64,000 nt of DNA. It comes from Nitrospirota bacterium. Lineage in GTDB: Bacteria; Nitrospirota; Thermodesulfovibrionia; Thermodesulfovibrionales; SM23-35. A model generated the notes under the pieces. The model ran no database searches and had not been told where the DNA came from. It was given only the letters and a program-made list of their open reading frames with translations. The stretch covers positions 35,197 to 99,196 of the forward strand of contig JBFMCL010000006.1 of NCBI GenBank assembly GCA_040754395.1, in the 5' to 3' direction. Below, one piece after another: positions 37,504 through 46,800 of this stretch. Made by a program: the position numbers and the translations under genes. The first letter of the stretch is position 1. Each line of letters begins with the position of its first letter.

Positions 37504-38789
37504 ATCTGAAGGGAAAAGCGGTATTTGTCGGTCTTTCACAGCTGTCGCCAATAGATCAGAAAGAGAGCTTTTACACCGTATATTCGGAAAAACATGGTCT
37601 CGATATCAGCGGTATTGAAATTGCAGCTACGGCATTTGCCAATCTGCTGGAGAACAGGCCTGTGCAACCAATTGATTTCCGGGTCTATCTTGGAGTAATT
37701 TTTGTGTGGGGAATTGTGATCGGCTTTATCTGTAAAAGGTTTAGCACTACTGCAGCATTTTTCAGTATGACGGGATTGGTTACCGTATATCTCATATTTG
37801 CCATTTTCCAGTTTAAGAGCCGGGGCATCTGGTACCCTGTGATTACCCCCTGCGTTTTGCAGACAACGCTGGCACTCTTCAGCGGTGTTTTATGGAATTA
37901 CATAGAAGTGAAACAGGAAAGGCAGAATATCAAAAAGGCTTTCGGTTATTATCTCCCGAACGACGTTGTTGAAAGGCTGCTGACGGATATTGACGGAATC
38001 CATGACAGTCATCAGGTTGTCTACGGGATATGCATGTCTACAGATGCCGAACAGTATTCATTTCTTTCAGAAGTAATGGAACCTAAAGAGCTGGGAAATT
38101 TTATGAACAGGTACTATGAGCTTATATTCAAACCGATAAGACAGCACGGAGGGATTGTCTCAGATGTGGTCGGAGATTCTGTGCTTGCAATATGGGTGTC
38201 AGCCAAGCCGGAAATTGTTCTCAGGAAAGAGGCATGTATTGCGGCACTCGACATCCAGAGGACCATATATAATTTTAACAGGACGTCTCAGACACACATG
38301 CTCCCCACACGCATCGGCCTGCATTCCGGAAAGATACTTCTCGGCAATATAGGGGCATTCGATCATTACGAATACAGACCGGTCGGGGACATCGTCAATA
38401 CCGCAAGCCGTCTGGAGGGTCTTAACAAATATTTAGGTACCCAGGTGCTTGTAACGCGGGACGTGGTAAGTCAGCTGGATGGATTTTATACAAGGGGACT
38501 CGGAGAATTCAAACTTGCGGGAAAAACAAAACCTGTTGAGGTTTATGAGTTGATCTGCAGGGAAGAAGAGGTGACTGAAAAGCAGAGAAGGGCAGGTGAA
38601 ATCTTCCAGCAGGCAATAAGGGCTTTCAGAAATCAGTCTTGGGACAGGGCTATTAATCTTTTCAAAGAACACATGGATTATCTCGGCGATGATGGACCGT
38701 CGCAATTTTTTGTGCAAATGTGCCGTGATAAAAGGGAAGTGGCAAAGAAGGAGTTATGGGATGGTGTAGTCGAAATAGGCAGGAAATAA
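37494..38789 (+). CDS. CHASE2 (C-terminal part) + 3 TM + class III adenylate/guanylate cyclase domain, C-terminal fragment
   Basis: Begins NLKGKAVFVGLSQ...GIEIAATAFANLL (end of CHASE2). Three TM helices. Cyclase core (STDAEQYS, VVGDSVLAIW, GDIVNTASRLEG). No ATG start; the frame is open from 37389. Confidence 0.8.
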   Translation: MPVNLKGKAVFVGLSQLSPIDQKESFYTVYSEKHGLDISGIEIAATAFANLLENRPVQPIDFRVYLGVIFVWGIVIGFICKRFSTTAAFFSMTGLVTVYLIFAIFQFKSRGIWYPVITPCVLQTTLALFSGVLWNYIEVKQERQNIKKAFGYYLPNDVVERLLTDIDGIHDSHQVVYGICMSTDAEQYSFLSEVMEPKELGNFMNRYYELIFKPIRQHGGIVSDVVGDSVLAIWVSAKPEIVLRKEACIAALDIQRTIYNFNRTSQTHMLPTRIGLHSGKILLGNIGAFDHYEYRPVGDIVNTASRLEGLNKYLGTQVLVTRDVVSQLDGFYTRGLGEFKLAGKTKPVEVYELICREEEVTEKQRRAGEIFQQAIRAFRNQSWDRAINLFKEHMDYLGDDGPSQFFVQMCRDKREVAKKELWDGVVEIGRK

Positions 38790-38832
38790 TTACCAGCATT
38801 TAGTTTCAGATAAAAAGGGAGAGGAGAATATC

Positions 38833-41800
38833 ATGAAACGTGCCAGCATCATACTTGTTTTCATCGCTGTTCCGCTGTTGTATCTTGTGCTGCCTCATAG
38901 TGCATCTGCACATACATGCGAGAAGTGGATAGCAAAAGCAGTATCAGTCCAGGGAGATGTGCAGACTCTGAAAGAGGGTGAAACCCAGTGGCTTTCAGTA
39001 AAAATGCAGGATACCTTCTGTACGGGTGATATGATCAGGGTGATGGAACAGGGCAGAGCTGCTGTTGTTTTGTGGAACGGGGTTATTATGCGGTTTGATC
39101 AGAATACCACGGTCACGTTCAACGGGGTAGAAAATGAGAATACCTCTCTGATAGACATACTGAAAGGAGTGGTAAATTTTTTCAGCAGGTGGCCAAGATC
39201 ACTTAATATCACTACACCTTTTGTAAACGGTATTGTTGAAGGAACAGAATTTCTTGCAAAAGTCGGAAGTGACAATACAGTGCTGTCAGTATTTGAAGGA
39301 AAGGTGCTGGCAACAAACAAGGCTGGAAGTTTGACGCTTACATCAGGACAGACCGCGGTTGCCGCACATGATCAGCCCCCGGTTCTGCAAACAGTTGTTC
39401 GTCCGCGGGATGCGGTGCAGTGGGCGCTCTATTACCCTCCTGTTATATACATTCGTGAGGAGAAATTGCGGGAGGATGATCCGCGACATATGACCCAGCG
39501 CGCGTCATCGCTGCTGCATGTAGGACGGGTTGATGAAGCAAAAGCTGAAATCGGGCGCGCCCTGAACGCAGATCCGGGAAACAGCCTGGCATTTGCGCTT
39601 CAGTCCGTAATTGCCACAGTACAGAATGAAAAGGAAAAGGCGCTCAGTCTCGCGAAACAGGCGGTTGAAGCTGACAAAAAATCTGCTGCCGCATATATTT
39701 CACTGTCCTATGCACGACAGGCACATTTCGATCTTGAAGGTTCACTGATAAGTCTCCAGGAAGCGGTTAAAGCCGAACCTGAAAACGCCATTGCGTGGGC
39801 AAGGTTGTCAGAAATCCGTCTTTCTTTCGGTGAAATTGATAAAGCAGTGAAGGCGGCAGACAAAGCTTTTGAACTTAATCCGCATATTGCACGTACACAT
39901 ACTGTTCGCGGCTTTGCGTATCTGACTCAGGTGAAGATAAGAGAGTCCATGGAACTTTTCGAAAAGGCGATTCTACTTGATCAGGCAGATCCCCTGCCGA
40001 GGCTCGGACTCGGATTGGCAAATATCCGCAAGGGATGCCTGCAGGAGGGAAGAAGGCAGATAGAGATTGCAGTGAGTCTGGATCCTGACAACTCACTCAT
40101 CAGGAGCTATCTCGGCAAAGCATACTACGAGGAGAAACAGGATAGAATGTCAGAAGACCAGTATGCAATGGCGAAGGAATTCGATCCGCGGGACCCCACG
40201 CCATTTTTCTATGATGCGATCAGGAAACAGAGCATCAATTGTCCGGTCGAAGCATTGCATGATATGCAGAAGGCAATTGAACTGAACGACAACCGGGCGG
40301 TCTACCGCTCCAGGATGCTGCTCGATGCAGACCTTGCTGCAAGGAGTGCAAGCCTTGCAAGGATTTACAGTGACCTTGGGTTCGAACAGCTTGCACTGGT
40401 TGAAGGTTGGAAGTCTGTCAATAATGATTCTGCCGATTTTTCCGGCCACAGGTTTCTTGCGGACACCTATTCGGCATTGCCGCGACATGAGATTGCACGC
40501 GTGAGTGAACTGCTCCAGTCCCAACTGCTTCAACCGATAAACATCATACCTGTTCAGCCTCGTCTTGCTGAAAGTGACCTGAGGATACTCGAAGGTGCGG
40601 GACCTTCAGACCTTTCTTTTAATGAGTTCAATCCGTTGTTCAACCGGAACGGGGTTGGTGTCCAGATGAGCAGCATAATTGGTGAGAACAAGACATTCGG
40701 AGATGAAATCGTGGTATCGGCTGTTCATGGAAAGTTATCCTTAAGCGCGGGACAATTTCATTATGAGACGGAAGGATGGCGCGAGAATAACGACCAGCAG
40801 CAGAATATTTCCAATATATTTGCTCAGGTTGAGCTTTCTGCCAAGACAAGCATTCAGGCTGAATTCAGAATGAAAAACATAAAGAGCGGGGACCTTGACG
40901 TCTTTTTTGACCCGGATAGATTTGTCCCAGATTGGCGGTATCAAGAAGAGAAAAATTCTCTGCGCTTCGGTTTGCATCATAATATTACGCCTGGCTCTGA
41001 CTTAATCGCATCGTTGATTTATCTGGACGGAGACTATGAGTTCCTCATGACAGGATATGAAGGCGATATTGATGAAAAAGGTTATTTGGGAGAGATACAA
41101 CATCTTTATAATACTGAGAGATTCAGTCTCATTACCGGAGCTGGATATTATAATGAAGACCGTAAGGATAAGGAAAGTATGCCTGAATTTGATTACTCTT
41201 CTTCCACAGAAAACAAACCCAGTCATAAAAACCTTTACATGTATGCCAAAATCAATGTGCTCACAAATTTAACCCTAACTGTCGGTGCAAGCGCTGATTT
41301 TCTCAAAGGCTGGAATGCAGCCCAAAAAATAGAGAAAGATCAGCTTAATCCGAAATTCGGGATAGCCTGGAATCCTCTCGTAAATACTACGCTGAGAATG
41401 GCAGTCTTCAGAACACTTAACAGGGCGATAATAACAGACCAGACGATTGAGCCCACTCAGGTCTCAGGATTCAATCAGTTCTATGACGATACCGAAGGAG
41501 CGGAAGCATGGCGTTATGGCATCGGTTTGGATCAGAAGTTCTCTTCCAGGCTGTATGGTGGTGCCGAGTTTTCGAAACGGGAGCTGGAAGTTCCGGGGGT
41601 TACATATGGTGCAACAGGAACAAGACTTATCGAAGGTGAGTGGGACGAGCAGCTTGGAAGGGCGTATCTGTACTGGACACCCCATGGATGGGTTTCATTA
41701 AGCACGGAATACCAGTATGAGCGCTTCGAGATGCCTGAGGACTTTGCTGCTCGGATGTTTACGGAGCTGAATACCCACAGGGTCAAGTTTGGAATGAACG

Positions 41801-42093
41801 TTTTTCATCCATCGGGTATCAGCGTCAAACTAAATCCTATATATGTGAATCAGCATGGAGATTTTATGAAATTCAATCCGGAAACATTCGAAACGTATTT
41901 CGAATCTGACAAGGATACTTTCTGGGTTTTTGATGCTTCTGTGAGTTACAGGTTTCCCAAAAGGAGGGGTATGCTCACACTGGCTGCCAAAAACCTGTTC
42001 GACGAGGATTTCAAATTTCAGGACACTGATCCGAGAAACCCGAGGATATGGCCGGACCGTTTGATATACGGAAAAATCACCCTTGTATTTTAG
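38833..42093 (+). CDS. Secreted FecR-domain + TPR + C-terminal beta-barrel (outer-membrane-like) fusion protein
   Basis: Signal peptide (...PHSASA/HT). FecR-like beta-sandwich region (aa 30-190). TPR-like helical repeats (aa 215-520). About 520 aa of alternating-hydrophobic beta-strand pattern ending ...GKITLVF (terminal Phe as in OMPs). Confidence 0.75.
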   Translation: MKRASIILVFIAVPLLYLVLPHSASAHTCEKWIAKAVSVQGDVQTLKEGETQWLSVKMQDTFCTGDMIRVMEQGRAAVVLWNGVIMRFDQNTTVTFNGVENENTSLIDILKGVVNFFSRWPRSLNITTPFVNGIVEGTEFLAKVGSDNTVLSVFEGKVLATNKAGSLTLTSGQTAVAAHDQPPVLQTVVRPRDAVQWALYYPPVIYIREEKLREDDPRHMTQRASSLLHVGRVDEAKAEIGRALNADPGNSLAFALQSVIATVQNEKEKALSLAKQAVEADKKSAAAYISLSYARQAHFDLEGSLISLQEAVKAEPENAIAWARLSEIRLSFGEIDKAVKAADKAFELNPHIARTHTVRGFAYLTQVKIRESMELFEKAILLDQADPLPRLGLGLANIRKGCLQEGRRQIEIAVSLDPDNSLIRSYLGKAYYEEKQDRMSEDQYAMAKEFDPRDPTPFFYDAIRKQSINCPVEALHDMQKAIELNDNRAVYRSRMLLDADLAARSASLARIYSDLGFEQLALVEGWKSVNNDSADFSGHRFLADTYSALPRHEIARVSELLQSQLLQPINIIPVQPRLAESDLRILEGAGPSDLSFNEFNPLFNRNGVGVQMSSIIGENKTFGDEIVVSAVHGKLSLSAGQFHYETEGWRENNDQQQNISNIFAQVELSAKTSIQAEFRMKNIKSGDLDVFFDPDRFVPDWRYQEEKNSLRFGLHHNITPGSDLIASLIYLDGDYEFLMTGYEGDIDEKGYLGEIQHLYNTERFSLITGAGYYNEDRKDKESMPEFDYSSSTENKPSHKNLYMYAKINVLTNLTLTVGASADFLKGWNAAQKIEKDQLNPKFGIAWNPLVNTTLRMAVFRTLNRAIITDQTIEPTQVSGFNQFYDDTEGAEAWRYGIGLDQKFSSRLYGGAEFSKRELEVPGVTYGATGTRLIEGEWDEQLGRAYLYWTPHGWVSLSTEYQYERFEMPEDFAARMFTELNTHRVKFGMNVFHPSGISVKLNPIYVNQHGDFMKFNPETFETYFESDKDTFWVFDASVSYRFPKRRGMLTLAAKNLFDEDFKFQDTDPRNPRIWPDRLIYGKITLVF

Positions 42094-42171
42094 GGGCAAT
42101 ACCGGAAAGGAGGTGAAATTTTACCGCAATAAGTTGCAGTCGAATTCATAACGATTCAAAGGGGGGATATT

Positions 42172-42372
42172 ATGAAAGACAGAGCAAGTTTGATAGTATA
42201 TTTAAATGAGGCTGGTGAGGTCATTCATGTAAGAAATGTCGATCTTTCGGAAGTGGAATATGATAAGGAAGAACGGGACAGGAACAGGACTATGATCGGG
42301 GCAAGAATATTTACGCCGAACGGCTGCTGCTGGAGACTCACACCAACTGGATGGAAGTGTTTGCCCTGTTAA
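42172..42372 (+). CDS. 66-aa peptide with acidic N-terminal part and Cys/Trp-rich C-terminus
   Basis: GGGGGG SD 5 nt before ATG. MKDRASLIVYLNEAGEVIHVRNVDLSEVEYDKEERDRNRTMIGARIFTPNGCCWRLTPTGWKCLPC. A 12-bp hairpin follows. Confidence 0.55.
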   Translation: MKDRASLIVYLNEAGEVIHVRNVDLSEVEYDKEERDRNRTMIGARIFTPNGCCWRLTPTGWKCLPC

Positions 42373-42387
42373 GAGTATTGGTAAAAA

Positions 42388-42422
42388 CATCAACAGGCCG
42401 TCTACTGTCTGGCCTGTTGATG
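42388..42422 (+). terminator. Perfect 12-bp stem-loop after the Cys-rich peptide gene
   Basis: CATCAACAGGCC gtctactgtct GGCCTGTTGATG. No U-tract (AATATTCG follows), so it may be a stabiliser or processing hairpin rather than a classical terminator. Confidence 0.45.
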
Positions 42423-42753
42423 AATATTCGAAAATAAGAAATATTTTCTATAAGACATACGAAAAGTGGCAGTTTCCCAAGGAATTTGCCGGTATCGCTC
42501 CAGACAGAATCACAAGTCATTGATTCATCAGGATCACGAATTCTGAACTCAAGAAGTGTCAACCCGCCCGTCCTGATTTTGAGATAGGTTCCTGATAACG
42601 CTGGAGACAAGGCAGATGCTGAATACCCTATTGCACGCAATCCTCCTGACTGTATCATATGGAGTATTTCACGGAACAACTCTGGATAAGCCGGAATGAC
42701 AGTGCAGAAAAAGTATGTCTGCTGTTCATGAAATCAATGACGGAGAGCAGTAA

Positions 42754-43455
42754 ATGGAAACCATAACTATACATTACCTTTTCACATTGCCGAATGGAAA
42801 GCAGGAAGTGATGGAAATACTTCTTGATGCCGAGACTCTCGACTTAATGAATAAAATCCCTGAAAGTCTTCCTGAATGGACCATGCTTGATTACCATCAG
42901 TGCTCCAACTGTCTTCTTGCTCTCGATACGCATAAAAACTGTCCCATAGCGGTTCACTTTGTAAAACTCCTTGAAATATTCGAAAGCCTCTTGTCGTTTG
43001 ATACAATTCATGTCGATATTTTTACTGCTCAGCGTGTTACTACCATGGATACAAGTGCCCAGAAAGGCGCCAGTTCCTTAATGGGACTTATTATGGCGAC
43101 AAGCGGCTGTCCACACATGGCGTTCTTCAAGCCCATGGCACGTTTTCACCTGCCCCTTTCGAGTGCGGAAGAGACAGTATATCGTGCTGCATCGATGTAT
43201 CTGCTTGCTCAGTATTTCCGGAAAAAGGAAGGGCTGAAAATAGATCTTGAGCTTAATGGACTCAAGGAACTGTACAGAAACATACATATAATTAATAAAT
43301 CCATGTCAGGGCGCCTTCGTGACAGGTACAAAAAAGATGTCGGACCGAATTCCCTCACGATCCTTGATTCCTTTGCACAAACTCTCACCATGGTAATCGA
43401 GGAACAGCTTGATGAGCTGCGGTATCTCTTCAGACCATATCTCCTTGAACCCTGA
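42754..43455 (+). CDS. Hypothetical 233-aa protein with CxxC-x10-C and a fourth conserved-looking Cys
   Basis: GGAGAG SD 6 nt before ATG. HQCSNCLLALDTHKNCP and SGCPHM. Mostly helical C-terminal half. No family recognised. Confidence 0.6.
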   Translation: METITIHYLFTLPNGKQEVMEILLDAETLDLMNKIPESLPEWTMLDYHQCSNCLLALDTHKNCPIAVHFVKLLEIFESLLSFDTIHVDIFTAQRVTTMDTSAQKGASSLMGLIMATSGCPHMAFFKPMARFHLPLSSAEETVYRAASMYLLAQYFRKKEGLKIDLELNGLKELYRNIHIINKSMSGRLRDRYKKDVGPNSLTILDSFAQTLTMVIEEQLDELRYLFRPYLLEP

Positions 43456-43501
43456 ATGCACAAAAGACAGAAAACCTTTTTCCAGAAGCGTATACCCAAT
43501 C

Positions 43502-43531
43502 TGTGACTAATCCGTAAGCAGTCTTGTGATA
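43502..43531 (+). promoter_or_regulatory. Heptamer-repeat element, copy 2 (upstream of sORF / STAND-SARP regulator)
   Basis: TGTGACT aatc CGTAAGC agtct TGTGATA. The third heptamer embeds TGaTAAATT. Confidence 0.6.
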
Positions 43532-43552
43532 AATTTACACAAGGGAGGTAGC

Positions 43553-43621
43553 ATGCATCATGCAGCATCCTCTGGTCGAAATGTCCGGCCAGAGGTCTCT
43601 CTCTCAAAGCGGGGCAGGTAA
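43553..43621 (+). CDS. Candidate leader sORF (22 aa) downstream of element copy 2
   Basis: AGGGAGG 4 nt before ATG. MHHAASSGRNVRPEVSLSKRGR. The stop codon sits in the loop of the hairpin GCGGGGCAG...CTGCCCCG (43609-43636). Confidence 0.25.
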   Translation: MHHAASSGRNVRPEVSLSKRGR

Positions 43622-43868
43622 TCATTATCTGCCCCGTGGAAATACATCATTTCAGGTGACACGCCTTCAATTGTTGCTGAAAATAGCCAGCCTCAGCAGT
43701 ATCCATGCCCCTGTGATATCCATTGACAGGGAAAACAGTGTGTGATATTTTTTACACATGTCGGTTGTTTGCGTTGTCTCAGGTTCTCCGGAAAGAAACC
43801 AAAGAGAGCCAGGTGAGCATGACGGATTAAGGATACCACGGGAAAGACTATTTTTCTGCTCCAACTGA

Positions 43869-46800
43869 TTGGGGGAACACCTTGGGGTGAAAAAGGCGTA
43901 CATTTCTGGCAAAGAACCCGTAGTTTTTAAAATCACAAAGCCACATATTGAAGGGATATTCGTCCGGGATAGACTATTCGATGTAATCGAAAAAGCAAGG
44001 GAATTCCCTGTACTTTTCGTAACAAGCCCTCCCGGTTCCGGAAAGACAATACTTGTATCAAGCTATCTTGAATCTCATAAATTGCCTTTTATTTGGTATA
44101 GGGTCGACGAAGGAGATGAAGATATCGCAACCTTCTTTTTTTATATGGGACTTGCGATAAAAAGGGCATTTCCTGCGAAGCGCTTCTCTTTGCCCATATT
44201 TTCACCTGAATATACGGGAAGCGCATCTGTTTTTTCGAAGCGTTATTTTGAGCATATCTTTAGCAGGGTCGCCCCTCCTTTCATGATTGTTCTGGATAAT
44301 TTTCAGGCAATTCCCGATGATTCTCAGTTCCAGGAAATTTTGTGCCATATATTTGATGAAATTCCTGAAGGGATCAACATAACCGTTATCAGCAGAAAAG
44401 GCGTCCCGGCTTCATTTGCAGCTCTGCAGGTGAATAAAAGAATCTGTCCTGTTGACTGGAGTCACATCCGTTTCTCATACGATGAAGTGAAGGCTTTTGT
44501 AACGCAGAAGGCAGGGGAGATATCTGATGAGCACATTCATTTCCTGTATCAGAAGACCGATGGCTGGGCGGCGGGTCTTGTCCTGATGCTTGAAAGCCTG
44601 AGGAAAGAGAAATTTGCATATACGGGATTGAATCATCTGTCATTTGGCAATATATTTGACTATTTTGCACATGAGACTTTCCGGGAACTTGACAAAGCTA
44701 CGCGTATGTTTCTTCTGAAGACTTCATGCATGCATGTACTGACAGCTGATACTGCGGACAAACTCACCGGTCTCGGCAATTCTGAAAGAATACTGAACAA
44801 TCTTAATAGAAACCATTATTTTACCGAAATATATCCGCAGGAACGGTCGGTATATTATTATCATCCTCTTTTCAGGGAATTTCTCCAGTCAAGAGCCAAA
44901 GAAGTATTTCCCCATGAAGAAATTCTGGGCATAAAGCAGCATGCAGCGGTTCTTCTGGAGGATTCCGGAAGAATGGAAGACGCAATCGGTCTTTTCAGGG
45001 AGTCAGGAGATATTGAAGGAATTGTCCGTATTATTCAGAAATGGGCTGGAACGCTGGTAGAGCAGGGCAGGTACCAGACACTTTCCAACTGGCTGGAATA
45101 TCTCCCAAAAGATGTACTCTCAGATAATCCGGGGATTCTCTACTGGATGGGCGTGTGTCGTTTGCCCTTCAATCCGGCCGAAAGCCAGATCCACTTTGAG
45201 GTTGCGTTTCACAAATTCAACAAAAGGAATAAAGGTCCGGAAACATTCCTCTCATGGGCAGGAGTTGTTGATTCCATCATGTATGGTCATGAGGGTCTGA
45301 AATCGCTTGACCGATGGTTTCCCGTCATTGATGATCTGACCAAAAAATACAGGAATTTTCATGATGACCATGTCGAGTCAGGGATATTGTGCAGCCTTGT
45401 CAGAGCGCTCTCTCTCAGGCGGCCGGCGAAATCCAGAATGGAAATGTGGGCAGACCGTATACAAACATTTATTCAGGAGAGCAGGGATGTTTCTGTAAAA
45501 ATCAGTGCTCTGACAACGCTGGGATGCTATTTCTACAGTGAAGGTAATTTCCAGAAAATGAACATTGTCCTTGAATCCCTGCATGAATTAATCAAACGAC
45601 GAGAAGTGTCTCCTGTGACCAGATTAAACGTTGAATGGTTGAAAGCAGCATACTTCAATGTGATGTCGCAGCATGATGAGTGTCGGAGGGTCGTGTCCGG
45701 AGGCCTGGAACTGGCTGCCGCACTCAAGATTTACGTCATGGAGAGCATGCTTCTTGGACATGGTGTCCTTAGTTCGCTGAAGAATGAAGATTTCGAAACT
45801 GCACATGAATATCTGAAGAGAATGGCGTATGAATTAAGCTTCTTAAAGACATGGGAGGCGAGTTTCTATCATTATTGTTCTGCCTGGGAGGCATTGTACA
45901 GGAATAATCTCGCCCAGGCTCTCACTCATTCCGAACATTGCCTGAGATTGTGTGAACACGCGGGCAATCCCTGGACAATGTCATGTGCACATCTGCTTGC
46001 CGCGAACGTATCTTTTGTTTTTGAGGAGATAAAACAGGCTTTCTGTCATATCAGACAGGCTTTTTCGATCGGGAAACGCAGCGGGAACGAATTCACTCCT
46101 TACATATGCCACTTAACAGAGGCATATTTTCTCTTCAAACAGGGCAAGGAGGGTCTGGCAATAAAAGCTGTGCGAAGGGGCTTGAAAAAGGGAAGAGAAA
46201 AGGGTTTTGTCAGTCTTTTTATGTCTGTTAAGGGAGTGATGGAAACTATTTCTTCAAAGGCGCTTGAGCATGAAATAGAAGTTCCGTATGTGAAATCACT
46301 GATATGCAGCAATAGAATTCTTCCGGATACCACTTCTCTGGAAAATGAGCATTGGCCATGGCCTTTGAAGATATTTACCCTTGGACGGTTCGGAATACAA
46401 AAAAATGGATCTGTGCTGCGTTTTTCAGGCAAGGTTCAGCAGAGACCATTGGCGATGCTCAAGGCCCTGATAGCTTTTGGAGGAAGAGAAGTCCCGGAGG
46501 ACAGGATCATCGACATCCTCTGGCCCGAATCAGACGGAGATGCTGCACATAGTGCGTTTACCACAACCCTTCACCGCCTGCGCCAGCTTCTCGGGGTTGA
46601 GCAGGCAGTGGTGTTTCACGAAGGAAAAGTATTCCTTGACCCGCGGTATTGCTGGGTGGATACGTGGGCGTTTGAGAGGATTCTCGGAAAAGTTGATGCG
46701 TCATGGGACTCGGTATTTTCAGAGGGAAAAAAGGGGGATTCCAATCTCATTGAACTTGCCGAGAAAGCGGTAAGGATGTATTCCGGTGCGTTTCTTCCGG

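Noticed and set aside
42338-42679. 113-aa minus-strand ORF between the peptide gene and the 233-aa gene.
   Set aside because: TTG start and no SD. It overlaps the 3' end of the peptide gene and its hairpin. It has no motif and low-complexity composition.
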